A stretch of 64,000 nucleotides of DNA from Myxococcota bacterium (GCA_041288095.1 JBGGMJ010000136.1:1-64000); one strand, 5' to 3'. Numbered from the stretch's first letter, positions 1-9,692 are shown. Made by a program: numbers and translations. Notes: generated by a model not told the origin, from the letters alone.

Positions 1-118
1 CACCGAGACGCTCATCTAGCTCGAGGGCCACCGCCAGCGCCTGTTGCTGCACTTCCGGGCTCGCGTAATCGTGTGTGTGCGCGGGGCCGAGAGCGACGAG
101 TCGTTCGATGGGGGTCAT
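1..118 (-). CDS. hypothetical protein, partial (runs off window start)
   Basis: ATG at 118, 2 nt past the stop of the 121..1620 gene; open to window edge (MTPIERLVALGPAHTHDYASPEVQQQALAVALELDERLG). Confidence 0.55.
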   Translation of the reverse strand, partial: MTPIERLVALGPAHTHDYASPEVQQQALAVALELDERLG

Positions 119-120
119 GT

Positions 121-1620
121 TCAGCCTAGTGGGAAAAAGCCGCCGCCACGGACGTAGGGCTCGGGCTCACCATTGAAGACACGGCGCCGCTCATTGATGT
201 TGTCGCGCAGGTCTTTCACGTAGCGGTCGCCGCGGGTGAACCAACTGCCGGTGGAGGTGGCGTAGATGCGCTCCATGAGGGGGTCGTAGGCTTCGCGCGG
301 CATCGTCACCCACACGGGGTTCTCTTGCGCCGCCAGAGCACGGAAGAACTCGTAGCGACGCATGTCACCGCCATCGACGCCGTCCTGTGCGAAGACGGAG
401 CGGAGCACCTCGTGCACCGCGGCCGCACGTGCCAGCTGTGTCGGCGTCGCCTGGGCGCGCGTCGCCGGCAGCTCGCCGTGGGCGCGCGCGAGCAGTGACG
501 CCGCGCTCTCCGGGCCGAGCTCGTTGACGCGGGCGGTGAGTGTCGCCACCGCTTGGTCGGGGTGATCACGCAGCACCGTGTTCACTTGCAGCGTCCGCAG
601 CATGTCCCATTGGCTGTACTCGGGCGTCCCCTGCTGCTGCGGCCGCGGCCCGGCGAGGATGCCCCAAGCCTCGGCGGTGACGTTCGTGCGGTCGAACTGC
701 GAGCTCAGCACGACACCGCGCGAGTTTTCCCAGACGGGCGTCGCGCGCAGCGCCTGCAGCAGCGGGTCATCGTTGGCGATGCCGGGGTTCGCGCGTAGGA
801 AGTCGACGATGCGGCGGGTCGCATCGAGGGGCTCACCCGCGGTGAGGGCCGCGACGCCACCACGAACCACCTCGGCGTTGTTGACACCCTCCGCCGACGC
901 CCGCGCGGCGATACCCAAGCGGCGCAGCACGTCCTCGCGCGCCGGACCGTCTTCGGCCGGTAGCGCCGCGATAGCGGACACAGCCGAGGCCTCATCGCGA
1001 ATCGGAATGGGACCAGCCGGCACGTTCAGGCGCGGGTCCGGGGCGTCGACTTCCCGATCGTCGCCGCCGACCGGTGCGTCCGCCGCGCCGGCGGCGCGTG
1101 TCATCGTCGGAAACTGCTCGCGCCAACCGGCACGCAAGCGGTCGCGCTCACCCGCGCGCGGCTCGGGTCGTTCGAGACCGAGCTGCAGCGGCGAGGCGCT
1201 CGTACCCAGGTGGGAGGCGAGCCCCAAGAAGTTATTGATGCCGGCCGCTTCGAACTCGCGTTGCGGAGCCGGTTCGCCGCGTGCCTGGTACGGCGTCGAG
1301 CGCTCACCGAGTGCCCGCTGCACGTCGCGAAGACGCTCGGAGCTCAGCTTGGCGTTGCCGGCACCGAAAACGCCGTCGATGACCAGCGGGTCGCCATCGC
1401 CGACCGCGTTGAGGATGTATTGCAAGGCCGCGGCATCTTCACCGCGGCTGCCGTGGCCGATGTAGCGGAGCTGGCCGCTCTCGACACGGCCCACGAGCTC
1501 GCGCACTAGATCGAGGGCGTTCTGACGGGTGAGCGGGTCACGCCAGTTGATGGCGCCTTGGGCTTCCTGGTTGCCGCGGAGCGCATAGGCTTGGCTGATG
1601 TGAAAAGTCACGGTCCCCAC
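121..1620 (-). CDS. hypothetical protein with N-terminal peptidoglycan-binding-like (PG_binding_1) segment
   Basis: 499-aa ORF; GSRGEDAAALQYILNAVG..LVIDGVFGAG..VQRALG matches the PG-binding repeat pattern; remainder helical and unrecognised; no signal peptide seen. Confidence 0.65.
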   Translation of the reverse strand: MGTVTFHISQAYALRGNQEAQGAINWRDPLTRQNALDLVRELVGRVESGQLRYIGHGSRGEDAAALQYILNAVGDGDPLVIDGVFGAGNAKLSSERLRDVQRALGERSTPYQARGEPAPQREFEAAGINNFLGLASHLGTSASPLQLGLERPEPRAGERDRLRAGWREQFPTMTRAAGAADAPVGGDDREVDAPDPRLNVPAGPIPIRDEASAVSAIAALPAEDGPAREDVLRRLGIAARASAEGVNNAEVVRGGVAALTAGEPLDATRRIVDFLRANPGIANDDPLLQALRATPVWENSRGVVLSSQFDRTNVTAEAWGILAGPRPQQQGTPEYSQWDMLRTLQVNTVLRDHPDQAVATLTARVNELGPESAASLLARAHGELPATRAQATPTQLARAAAVHEVLRSVFAQDGVDGGDMRRYEFFRALAAQENPVWVTMPREAYDPLMERIYATSTGSWFTRGDRYVKDLRDNINERRRVFNGEPEPYVRGGGFFPLG

Positions 1621-1644
1621 CCATCTTCGGAATTCGTGTTTTCA

Positions 1645-1671
1645 GTATCGGGTCGGGGTGCCTTTCGTTGC
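1645..1671 (-). promoter_or_regulatory. sigma-28-like promoter motif
   Basis: minus strand GCAA-cgaaaggcaccccga(15)-CCCGATAC, 24 nt upstream of GTG 1620. Confidence 0.65.
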
Positions 1672-1721
1672 GCGAAATGGCCCGAGGAGGCCTGACGCTG
1701 GGTCACAGGCGCCAATCGGGC

Positions 1722-1760
1722 AAAAAAAAACGCCCGGTCATGCGAGCATGCCGGGCGTTT
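1722..1760 (-). terminator. rho-independent terminator of rpsU
   Basis: stem AAACGCCCGG/CCGGGCGTTT with a 9-nt A-run on plus (U-tract on minus) just downstream of rpsU. Confidence 0.8.
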
Positions 1761-1779
1761 CTCTTCGTAACCTGGAAGC

Positions 1780-1977
1780 TTAGCGACGCGCGCGGTTCGC
1801 GCTGCGGCGGCGGCGCTTTTCAGCGCTGCGCTGCTTCTCCTTCTTGCGAATGGAGGGCTTCAGGTAGTGCTCGCGGCGGCGAACTTCCTTGAGGATGCCA
1901 GCAGCTTCGACCTTCTTCTTGAAGCGCTTCAGAGCCTTCTCGAACGGCTCGCCTTCTTTGACGACAACTTTCGTCAT
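1780..1977 (-). CDS. rpsU: 30S ribosomal protein bS21
   Basis: [52 protein letters not shown] Shine-Dalgarno upstream. Confidence 0.97.
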   Translation of the reverse strand: MTKVVVKEGEPFEKALKRFKKKVEAAGILKEVRRREHYLKPSIRKKEKQRSAEKRRRRSANRARR

Positions 1978-2089
1978 ATGCACTCACCTCCTTCGCGATG
2001 GATTTCGGCCACGTCGATGGACGTCGAGCCGGGGCGCGTGGATACCGGACTCGCCGAGGCCCGGCAAGTCGAAACGGGTCGCTCGCCGC

Positions 2090-3721
2090 TCAATCGTCGC
2101 GCATCGGCACCGAAACACCGGGTGGGGCGATGCCGCGCGGCTCGCGCAGAGCTTGGTCGCCGAAGGCCTCACGGTACTCGCCACGCAAGATGCTCTGATA
2201 GCCGTCGTAGGTGCCATCGGCCCGCATGCGGTCGCGCATCGTCGACTCGAAGCCGCCGGTCAACGCCAGGAGATTGAGGAACGTGCCGTCGACCGTCTTC
2301 ATGGGTACCGATTGCCGGCCGTCGTTGGTGACCGCCTCGCCGCCGCCGATTGACGTCACCGCATGCCGCGCGCGCAGGCCGTTGAGCAGCCACGCGAGGC
2401 CCTCGCGTCCGCCATCGCGACCTGACTGCTCGAGCAGCACCGGGAAGACACCATAGAGCGCGTAGAACGGATGGTCGGTCACTGGCTCGCGCGCGATGCT
2501 GGGGATGCCGTGGTCGATGGCGTAGCCGCCGCTCGGCGAGTTGATCGAGGCGCCGAAGCCGGGCTTGGCTCTGCGAACCGCGTCGTTGGTGCGGATCTCC
2601 TGTCGGATGCGAAACAGGTCGCGGTATTCGGGCAGGTCACGCTTGGGCATGATCGCGAACTCCCACTCCTCGTGCGACGAGCCCCAGAAGCCCTGCCAGG
2701 TCGTGCCGTCCTGGTGCTCGACCCGCTCCATGCGCGTCTGCGCCCACATGCGCTCGACCTGTGTCCGCGATAGCGGCGGGCGCGCGTAGAGGCTCATGAA
2801 GTGCAGCATCATCGCGCCTTCATGCACGCCGTGCTCGGCGCGGATGAAGCCGTATGGGTAGCCTTCGTAGGCGACGTTGGCGTCGCGGTTGTTGCTGATG
2901 CGCGTCTGGTCGCGAACCGCGTTGACGTTCTCGTCGAAGAAGACCCGGCGGACGTTGTTCGCGAGCAGGTCGTTGAAGCCGCGGTAGCGATCCGCCAGGG
3001 CGGTGTGGCCCTGCTGGCGTAACGCGTGCTCGACGCCGAGCAGCACGAACGCCCACTCACCATTGTCGAGCGCCGGTACGTGGCGCTGCCAGTAGCTGTC
3101 CGAGGGCTCGACGCTGCCGTCGTCGCGGAGCACGACCCAGGGCATGAAGCCTCCGTAGCCGGGATACTCGCGGGCGAAGCGCTCGTAGGTGGCAAGCTTG
3201 CGCTCCAAGATACGCAGCACCTCGGCCTGCGCATCGACCGGCATGAGGCGCAGCGCCAAGGGGTCGCGCTCGAGGATCTTCACCAACAGCGCGAGGTCTA
3301 GGCACTCCTTGGCAGGCACCGTCCAGGAACGCTGGCTCGCGGGCTCACGCGTCGCCGGGTCGAGATTCACGCCGTCGACGGCGAGTCCCGTGCGAGCGTC
3401 GCGTGCCAGGCGGAAGAACGGGGCCTCGGCGGTGAAGTAGTCCTCGACGAAAGCCCGCGCTCGCACCGGGTCACGCAGCACCTCGTCGACCGTATAATCG
3501 AGCGGAAACCTCCCGGGGGTCGCGCTGCGCATCGTCGGGGCCGGGAGGCTCAGGGCCTGCGCCATGCGCGTACCGCGCATGAGCCGCCGCCAGCCCTCCA
3601 CCCGCGTGTCATCCGACACCGTGGGCGCCAAGGGACGCTCCGGAGGCCGCGTTGTACCCGAATCGAATGGGCCAGGGATGACATGCGGCGAGCGTGTCAC
3701 CCGCCCGACGTCGTCTGCCAT
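2090..3721 (-). CDS. putative endo-beta-1,2-glucanase, GH162-like, with unstructured N-terminal extension
   Basis: motifs YPGYGGFMPW, VPALDNGEW, HEG, GFWGSSHEEW, PGFGASIN, GIPSIA, YGVFPVLL and TVDG parallel, in order, my recollection of fungal GH162 (TfSGL-type) sequences. Confidence 0.7.
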   Translation of the reverse strand: MADDVGRVTRSPHVIPGPFDSGTTRPPERPLAPTVSDDTRVEGWRRLMRGTRMAQALSLPAPTMRSATPGRFPLDYTVDEVLRDPVRARAFVEDYFTAEAPFFRLARDARTGLAVDGVNLDPATREPASQRSWTVPAKECLDLALLVKILERDPLALRLMPVDAQAEVLRILERKLATYERFAREYPGYGGFMPWVVLRDDGSVEPSDSYWQRHVPALDNGEWAFVLLGVEHALRQQGHTALADRYRGFNDLLANNVRRVFFDENVNAVRDQTRISNNRDANVAYEGYPYGFIRAEHGVHEGAMMLHFMSLYARPPLSRTQVERMWAQTRMERVEHQDGTTWQGFWGSSHEEWEFAIMPKRDLPEYRDLFRIRQEIRTNDAVRRAKPGFGASINSPSGGYAIDHGIPSIAREPVTDHPFYALYGVFPVLLEQSGRDGGREGLAWLLNGLRARHAVTSIGGGEAVTNDGRQSVPMKTVDGTFLNLLALTGGFESTMRDRMRADGTYDGYQSILRGEYREAFGDQALREPRGIAPPGVSVPMRDD

Positions 3722-3768
3722 GGATATGAGCCTGAATGGAGGAAGAGAAGCGGAAGGAGTGGCTCACG

Positions 3769-3796
3769 TTATCGCGGCGGTTCACGGGGGCGTTGC
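3769..3796 (-). promoter_or_regulatory. sigma-28-like promoter motif (16-nt spacer)
   Basis: minus strand GCAA-cgcccccgtgaaccgc(16)-CGCGATAA upstream of the GH162-like gene; overlaps the stop region of the upstream kinase. Confidence 0.5.
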
Positions 3797-5854
3797 TTGG
3801 GGCTGCGTCGGCTCGTCGGCGAGCCGCGCCAATGTGCGAACCAGCTCGATCGGCACGCACGGCTTGGCCATGTGCGCATCGAACCCGGCACCCAAGGCGT
3901 CGGCGACGTCGGATTGGCGAGCGTAGGCGCTGAGAGCCAACGCGGGCACACGGTGCTCCCCCTGCTCGCTGCGCAAGCGACGCATGAAGGTGTAGCCGTC
4001 TTCGCTTGGCATGCCGATGTCGGAGACGACGACGTCGACCCTCGGGCCGGCGAGCTTGATGCGGCCCTCGGACGCAGATCCAGCGAGCGAAACCTGGGCC
4101 CCTGCCCGCTCCAGTACGCCACGCACGACCTCGCGAGCATCCGGCTCGTCGTCGACGACCAGCACATGCAGCCCGGTGAGCGCATCGCCCAGCGTAATCG
4201 GCTTGCTCGGGCTCCTGGTAAGCCCATGGGCTCGAGCATCGCGGAGTCGTACCGTGAAGAGCGCTCCAGCTCCGCGACCGGCGCTCTCGGCGGTGACGCG
4301 CCCGCCATGCAGCTCGACGAGGTGGCGAACGATGGCGAGCCCGAGACCCAGACCACCGTGCGCGCGCGTGCTGATGCGATCCGCCTGATAGAAACGGTCG
4401 AAGACACGGGGCAAGAAGCTCGGATCGATCCCGACTCCGTTGTCGCGGACACTGATGCAGACCTCGCCATCGCAGCGTTGGACACTGACGTGGATGACTC
4501 CGCCCTCGGGCGTGAACTTCACGGCGTTCGAGAGCAGATTCAGCACGATCTGGTGCATGCGGCTCTCGTCGACGTTGATGTAGATCGATTCGTCGAGGTC
4601 GGCGGTCAGCGTTTGCTTCTTGGTTTCGACGGTCGGCCGCACGGAGTCGAGCGCCGAGCCGACGAGCGCGGCGAGATGGGTATCCGTTCGCACCAGCTCG
4701 AGCTTCCCCGCGATGATGCGGCTGATGTCGAGCAGATCGTTGATCACCAGCGCCTGGGCGCGTGCGTTCCGATCCAGCGCATCGATGGCGCGCGCCTGTT
4801 TGTCGGGCGGCAAGCGCCCGTCGCGCATCAGATGCAGGTAGCCCATGATGGCATTGAGCGGCGTGCGCAGCTCGTGGCTCACCATGGCGAGAAAGTCGTC
4901 CTTGGCCTGATTTGCGCGCTCGGCTTCGGCTCGCGCCGCGCGTTCGCTCGCGAGGAAGTCCTTACGCTCACGCTCGAGCTTCACGTGCGCGGTGATGTCG
5001 TAGCCATGGACGAGGATGCCCGAAACTACACCGGCCGCGTCGCGGACCGGCTGGTAGGCAAAGTCGAGAAACACTTCTTCGAGCACGTCATCGCGCCGCA
5101 GCACGACGCGCTCGGCGTGCCCGTAATACGGGACACCGGTCGAGAAGACCCGATCGAGGAGGCGGATGTAGCCCTGCGACGCCACCTCCGGCAGCACCTC
5201 GGTAACGCTGCGCCCGACGATGTTGCCTGGGTCGTCGGTACGGCCGATCAGGCGCATGTAGCTATCGTTCGCGATCTCGAAGATGTGACGGGGCCCGCGC
5301 ACGAAGGTCATGAAACCGGGTGTGTGACGGAAGACGCGCAGCAGGTGCAGGCGTTGCTGGTCGGCGAGGTCCTTGTCTGCTTCGGCGGTGCGAGCACGTC
5401 CCAGCACCGCGGCCCCCCACTGTGTGTGATCGGCTCGCTCGTGAGCGCTCGCGCGACGGAGCTCGGTCACATCGACGGTGTGCTGCAGCACCGCGGTAAC
5501 CCGCCCTTTCGCATCGCGCAGGGGCGCGTGCGTCGCGCTCCAGAAGCGTTCGCGGACGACGATCTCGCCGCCGACGTGCATCGGCACCTTGTAAGGAATG
5601 AAGGCGAGCTCGTCCGGCTTACCCGTCGTGAGCACGCGCTCGAGGGAGCGGCGTAGGGCCTGAGCGCTCTCGTTGTTGGGCTTGGTCGAGTCATTGGGGA
5701 AGACGTCGAAGACACGACGGCCGGCGAGGTCTTCCCAGCGGCTCGCGGTCACGCGCAGATAAGCCGGGTTGGCCGCAATGAAGCGCAGCTCCGCGTCCAC
5801 CACGACATAGGGGTTGGGCGATGCGGCGAAGAGGGCCTCGAAATCGATCTGCAT
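3782..5854 (-). CDS. hybrid sensor histidine kinase (PAS-PAS-HisKA-HATPase-REC), cytoplasmic
   Basis: two PAS_4-like segments, H-box SHELRTPL, N-box NLLSNAVKFT, G-boxes DNGVG and GGLGLGL, C-terminal receiver VVDD..SDIGMP..KP. Confidence 0.93.
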   Translation of the reverse strand: MQIDFEALFAASPNPYVVVDAELRFIAANPAYLRVTASRWEDLAGRRVFDVFPNDSTKPNNESAQALRRSLERVLTTGKPDELAFIPYKVPMHVGGEIVVRERFWSATHAPLRDAKGRVTAVLQHTVDVTELRRASAHERADHTQWGAAVLGRARTAEADKDLADQQRLHLLRVFRHTPGFMTFVRGPRHIFEIANDSYMRLIGRTDDPGNIVGRSVTEVLPEVASQGYIRLLDRVFSTGVPYYGHAERVVLRRDDVLEEVFLDFAYQPVRDAAGVVSGILVHGYDITAHVKLERERKDFLASERAARAEAERANQAKDDFLAMVSHELRTPLNAIMGYLHLMRDGRLPPDKQARAIDALDRNARAQALVINDLLDISRIIAGKLELVRTDTHLAALVGSALDSVRPTVETKKQTLTADLDESIYINVDESRMHQIVLNLLSNAVKFTPEGGVIHVSVQRCDGEVCISVRDNGVGIDPSFLPRVFDRFYQADRISTRAHGGLGLGLAIVRHLVELHGGRVTAESAGRGAGALFTVRLRDARAHGLTRSPSKPITLGDALTGLHVLVVDDEPDAREVVRGVLERAGAQVSLAGSASEGRIKLAGPRVDVVVSDIGMPSEDGYTFMRRLRSEQGEHRVPALALSAYARQSDVADALGAGFDAHMAKPCVPIELVRTLARLADEPTQPQATPP

Positions 5855-5903
5855 GCGGGCGTCGGATTCTGGCGAAGATAAGCACCTTCGCCGGAAGCAC
5901 CAG

Positions 5904-7742
5904 CTAGACCCGCACTCCGATGCCGGTCACCCGGACGAGCTCGTCGAAGGTCGTGATGCCGGTCCGCAGCCGGTCGAGCGCCGAGTCTCGCAGCGGGCGC
6001 ATGCCACTTGCCACGGCCTTGTCGCGGAGCTGCTCTTCGGGGACACCTGCTTGCAACGCGCCGGTGAGGTCCTTGGTGGCGCTCAACATCTCGAAAATAC
6101 CGACGCGGCCGTAGTAGCCGGTGCCCCGACAGTGGACGCAGCCCGCGCCTTCGCAGACCCCACCGTAGGCGGCGCGCTCGCTCTCCGGAATGCCGAGGAT
6201 GAGGAGCTCGTCGCCGCTGAGCGCCGCTGGCCCCTTGCAGTGCGGACAGATCCGCCGCAGCAGACGCTGCGCCATCACCCCAACCAGCGTCGAGCTGATG
6301 AGGAACGGCTCGACCCCGAGATCGACCAAACGCGTCACCGCGCCAACCGTGTCGTTGGTGTGCAACGTGCTGAACACCAGATGGCCGGTAAGCGCGGCCT
6401 CGACCGCCATTTGCGCGGTCTCACCGTCGCGGATCTCGCCGATCATGATGATGTCGGGATCCTGGCGGAGGATGCTGCGCATGGCGCTCGCGAAATCGAC
6501 ACCGATCTTCGGCTGCGCCTGCATCTGATTGAAGGCGTCGGTGACCATTTCGATCGGGTCCTCGACGGTGGTGACGTTGACGTCGTCCCCCGCGAGCCGG
6601 CGCAGCGTGGTGTAGAGCGTCGTCGTTTTGCCGCTGCCGGTCGGGCCGGTGATCAAGACGAGCCCGTGAGGCTCGGCGATCCAGCGCTCGAAGGTCTGCT
6701 GATCGTCGGTCTCGAAGCCGAGGTCCGGCAGCTCTTGCAGGAGGACCCCGGGGTCGAAGATGCGGATGACGATCTTCTCGCCGAACGCCACCGGGATACA
6801 GGAGACGCGAAGCTCGACCTCTTTGTCCGCTAGAACGGTCTTGATGCGTCCGTCTTGAGGCCGGCGTTTCTCGGCGATGTCCATGCGCGCGATGGTCTTG
6901 AGACGCGACGCGATGGCCGGGTGCACACGCTTCGGAATGGTGTGGACGTTGTGCAGCACGCCGTCGATGCGCAGGCGGACCTGCGAGTCGCCCTTGCGCG
7001 GCTCGATGTGGATGTCGCTCGCGCGTTGGTCGAAGGCATAGCGAAAGAGGAAGTCGACGGCGTTGACGACCGGCTGGTCGCTGCCCTCGATCTCTCCGAC
7101 GTTGCGCAGCTTCACCAGCTGTTCGAAGTCGCCCGACGCGGCGGATCCCGAGCTTTCCCTGGCGGCCGACTCGACGCTCTTGCGGAAGCCGTAGATCTCG
7201 GTGATCGACTTGAGAATGTCGCGTTTGCTGGCGACGACGCGCTTGAGCTTGCCTGGGTAGATGCGCCGCAGGTTCTCGATGACCTCGACGTCGAATGGAT
7301 TGTCGACCGCGATGGTCAGCTCACCGTTGCCCTCGGCGAGCGGCAGCACCACGTGCCGCAACGCGAATGGCCGCGATAGCGTACGCGTAATGAGCTGCAT
7401 GTCGAGCTCGAGCGGGTCGACCTTCTTGTACCCGAGCTGCGACTTGGCGGCGACCACCTGGGCGAGCTTGTCCTCGTCGAGCTCACCGCCGCGCCGATCG
7501 GCCAGCTTGAACGACGCCACCAGCTCGGCCGGGCTCACGGCATAATGCGCCCCCGCCGGCAGGTCGCCGCTCCCGAGCACCTGTTTGATCACCCTCGCCC
7601 GCTGCTCGCGCTGCTGGACCTCGACGCTCTTACGCTGCTCGGCGTCGATGATCTGGTTGCGCTCGAGGACATCGAGCAGCCATTCGACGGAGTACGTCGC
7701 TTGGCTGACCTTTTGGGGCGCGGCTGGCGTCGTGGAGCTCAA
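5904..7742 (-). CDS. GspE/PilB family secretion/pilus ATPase
   Basis: ASDIHIEP, RRPQDGR, Walker A GPTGSGKTTT, TVEDPIE, LRQDPDIIMIGEIRD, GHLVFSTLHTND, CxxC..CxxC. Confidence 0.93.
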   Translation of the reverse strand: MSSTTPAAPQKVSQATYSVEWLLDVLERNQIIDAEQRKSVEVQQREQRARVIKQVLGSGDLPAGAHYAVSPAELVASFKLADRRGGELDEDKLAQVVAAKSQLGYKKVDPLELDMQLITRTLSRPFALRHVVLPLAEGNGELTIAVDNPFDVEVIENLRRIYPGKLKRVVASKRDILKSITEIYGFRKSVESAARESSGSAASGDFEQLVKLRNVGEIEGSDQPVVNAVDFLFRYAFDQRASDIHIEPRKGDSQVRLRIDGVLHNVHTIPKRVHPAIASRLKTIARMDIAEKRRPQDGRIKTVLADKEVELRVSCIPVAFGEKIVIRIFDPGVLLQELPDLGFETDDQQTFERWIAEPHGLVLITGPTGSGKTTTLYTTLRRLAGDDVNVTTVEDPIEMVTDAFNQMQAQPKIGVDFASAMRSILRQDPDIIMIGEIRDGETAQMAVEAALTGHLVFSTLHTNDTVGAVTRLVDLGVEPFLISSTLVGVMAQRLLRRICPHCKGPAALSGDELLILGIPESERAAYGGVCEGAGCVHCRGTGYYGRVGIFEMLSATKDLTGALQAGVPEEQLRDKAVASGMRPLRDSALDRLRTGITTFDELVRVTGIGVRV

Positions 7743-7779
7743 GGCTCCCGCAGCTTAACACGGCCCCGACGTGGGTGCT

Positions 7780-8178
7780 CTAGCGAGCCGGCGCGATCAT
7801 GTTGCCGGTGTCGAGCGCGTCTTTGCCGGCGAAGACGAGGTTCCAGTACCAGCCGGTGACGGGCTCGAAGGCTGCCAGGGCACCCAGGCCGATGCTCGCC
7901 GCGCCAGACTTGAAGAACATGAACGCCGCGTCACGTTGACCGTCCTTCAGCGCCGCGACCGAAAAACCGAGCTTGGCGACGCCGTAAGTCATCGACGTCC
8001 AACCACCGATGACCGCAAGACCGGGAACGCAGCTCGCGCCCTGGGTGACGGCGTTGCCGGCGTTGATAGCGGCGCTGAAGTTGCGTGCGAGGTAGTTGCT
8101 GTTGATCTCGCTGCGCGACGGGCGGTCGATGTCGGTGAGGACGAGAAGCTGACGAATGGGATTGGTGGTCAAGGCCAT
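7780..8178 (-). CDS. small hydrophobic Gly/Ala-rich hypothetical protein
   Basis: 132-aa ORF filling the gap, GGAG upstream of ATG, hydrophobic C-terminal half. Confidence 0.65.
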   Translation of the reverse strand: MALTTNPIRQLLVLTDIDRPSRSEINSNYLARNFSAAINAGNAVTQGASCVPGLAVIGGWTSMTYGVAKLGFSVAALKDGQRDAAFMFFKSGAASIGLGALAAFEPVTGWYWNLVFAGKDALDTGNMIAPAR

Positions 8179-8193
8179 GAACGGACTCCGAGC

Positions 8194-8221
8194 GTATGGG
8201 CGGCCCCAATAGCGCTGTTGA
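8194..8221 (-). promoter_or_regulatory. weaker sigma-28-like promoter motif
   Basis: minus strand TCAA-cagcgctattggggcc(16)-GCCCATAC upstream of ATG 8178. Confidence 0.35.
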
Positions 8222-8291
8222 TGTCCGCGATTTTCGTCGGCGCGCGCGTGATGGTGCGTGCCCTGCAGTGCCTGGCGGTCACCGCACCCTG

Positions 8292-9629
8292 CTACATCAG
8301 CACTAGGCCTTCATCCTCGCTGAACTTCAGCTGGCCCTTCATGATCGCTTGCGTCGTCTTGCTGCGCTCGTCGGAGAGCTCGGCGATGTGCGCCAGGAGC
8401 TGCGGGTGAGTCGAGGCGATCTCCGAAAACACGCGCCGCGGAAGCTTGAGCACGATCGACTTCTTGAGCGTCTTGATGTTGGCGCTCACCGGGTTGTTGG
8501 TGAGCAGCGACATCTCGCCGAAGACGTCGCCTTCCTTGAGGTGAGCGAGCACCTGGCGCTTGCCGTCGACTTTCTTCGAGACCTCGGCGCGGCCCGAGAG
8601 CAGCAGGTAGAGCCCGTCGCCTTTCTCGCCCTCCTCGAGGAGCTTCTCGTTGGCGCCGACCTCGCGGCTCTTGAACTGCTCGATGAGCGTGCGGCGCTGA
8701 TTGGCGTCGAGGGGCCGGAAGATTGGCGATGTCGCCATCAGGTTCGAGAGCAAACGTTGGCGGTAGAACCGCAAGAGCGCGTGTTTCACCGAGGGATAGC
8801 TGTCGACGACGCTCGACAAGGTTTCGCGCGACACCTGGAAGAGCAGCGTCTCTTCCTCGGCGATGACGCTGGCGGTGCGGGGTGACTCGGAGAGCAAGGC
8901 CATCTCGCCGAAGAAAGCGCCGTCGGTGAGGTGCGCGAGGACGACCTCTTTGCCCTGGTCGCCGGTCTTGGTGATCTTCACGCGCCCGCTCGAGACGATG
9001 AACATCGAGTCGTCGACGTCGCCCTGACGAATGATGAACTCGTCGGGCACGGCGTTGCGCATCTCCATGCGCTCGAGCAACGCGATGAAGGCGTTCTTCG
9101 GCAGCTCGGAGAACAGCGGGATGGTGGGGAGCTCTTTGACCGCCGGCTCCGCCTCTTCGATCATCACGATGTCGTCGTCGTCGAGCTCCTCGATCTCGGC
9201 GGCGGCCGGCTTCTGCTTTAGCGGAGGAGGTGTGGCGGCGGGAGCGCTGGCCTTCGGCGGCGGCGGCGTGAAGCCCGCCGGTAACGAGGGCGGCTGACTC
9301 GAGCGGCCGCTCTTCTTGGCGTAGAGGTCGGCGATGATCTTCTGCGTGTCCGTGTGCTGCGGATCCATCTCGAGGATCAGCTTGCAGGCGGCGATGGCTT
9401 TGAGCAGCAAGCCGTCGGCGGCGTAGACCTGCGCGACGCTGATGTACTGGGCAATCGCCTTGTCGCTCTGGTTGAGCTTGCGGAGAATGTCGCCGCACTT
9501 CAGACGCGCGGTGATGTCGCCGGAGTCGGCGGCCAACACCTCTTCGTAAACCGCGAGGGCTTTCTCGAGCTTGCCCTTCTGAACGAGCTGGGCGGCTTCA
9601 TCTTTAAGCTTGCGGAGCTTTTCGCTCAT
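8292..9629 (-). CDS. TPR protein with two cyclic-nucleotide-binding domains
   Basis: N-terminal TPR helices, Pro-rich linker, two cNMP domains (GAFFGEMALL..PRTASV; GDVFGEMSLL..VSANI). Confidence 0.88.
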   Translation of the reverse strand: MSEKLRKLKDEAAQLVQKGKLEKALAVYEEVLAADSGDITARLKCGDILRKLNQSDKAIAQYISVAQVYAADGLLLKAIAACKLILEMDPQHTDTQKIIADLYAKKSGRSSQPPSLPAGFTPPPPKASAPAATPPPLKQKPAAAEIEELDDDDIVMIEEAEPAVKELPTIPLFSELPKNAFIALLERMEMRNAVPDEFIIRQGDVDDSMFIVSSGRVKITKTGDQGKEVVLAHLTDGAFFGEMALLSESPRTASVIAEEETLLFQVSRETLSSVVDSYPSVKHALLRFYRQRLLSNLMATSPIFRPLDANQRRTLIEQFKSREVGANEKLLEEGEKGDGLYLLLSGRAEVSKKVDGKRQVLAHLKEGDVFGEMSLLTNNPVSANIKTLKKSIVLKLPRRVFSEIASTHPQLLAHIAELSDERSKTTQAIMKGQLKFSEDEGLVLM

Positions 9630-9639
9630 CGGGATACCG

Positions 9640-9667
9640 ATTCTAACGGCCGTGGGGGGCCGGTCAA
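9640..9667 (-). promoter_or_regulatory. sigma-70-type promoter
   Basis: minus strand TTGACC-N16-TAGAAT, 10 nt upstream of ATG 9629. Confidence 0.55.
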
Positions 9668-9692
9668 GCGACCTGGAGAAAGTTGCGATCGG

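Noticed and set aside
3683..5656. Long antisense ORFs (also 9354-10994, 29651-31123, 44824-46230, 61256-63175)
   Set aside because: Shadow frames of well-supported genes in high-GC DNA, with no recognisable motifs.
5904..7742. A complete T2SS or type IV pilus locus
   Set aside because: Only the ATPase is present; no platform protein, secretin or pilin genes lie nearby.
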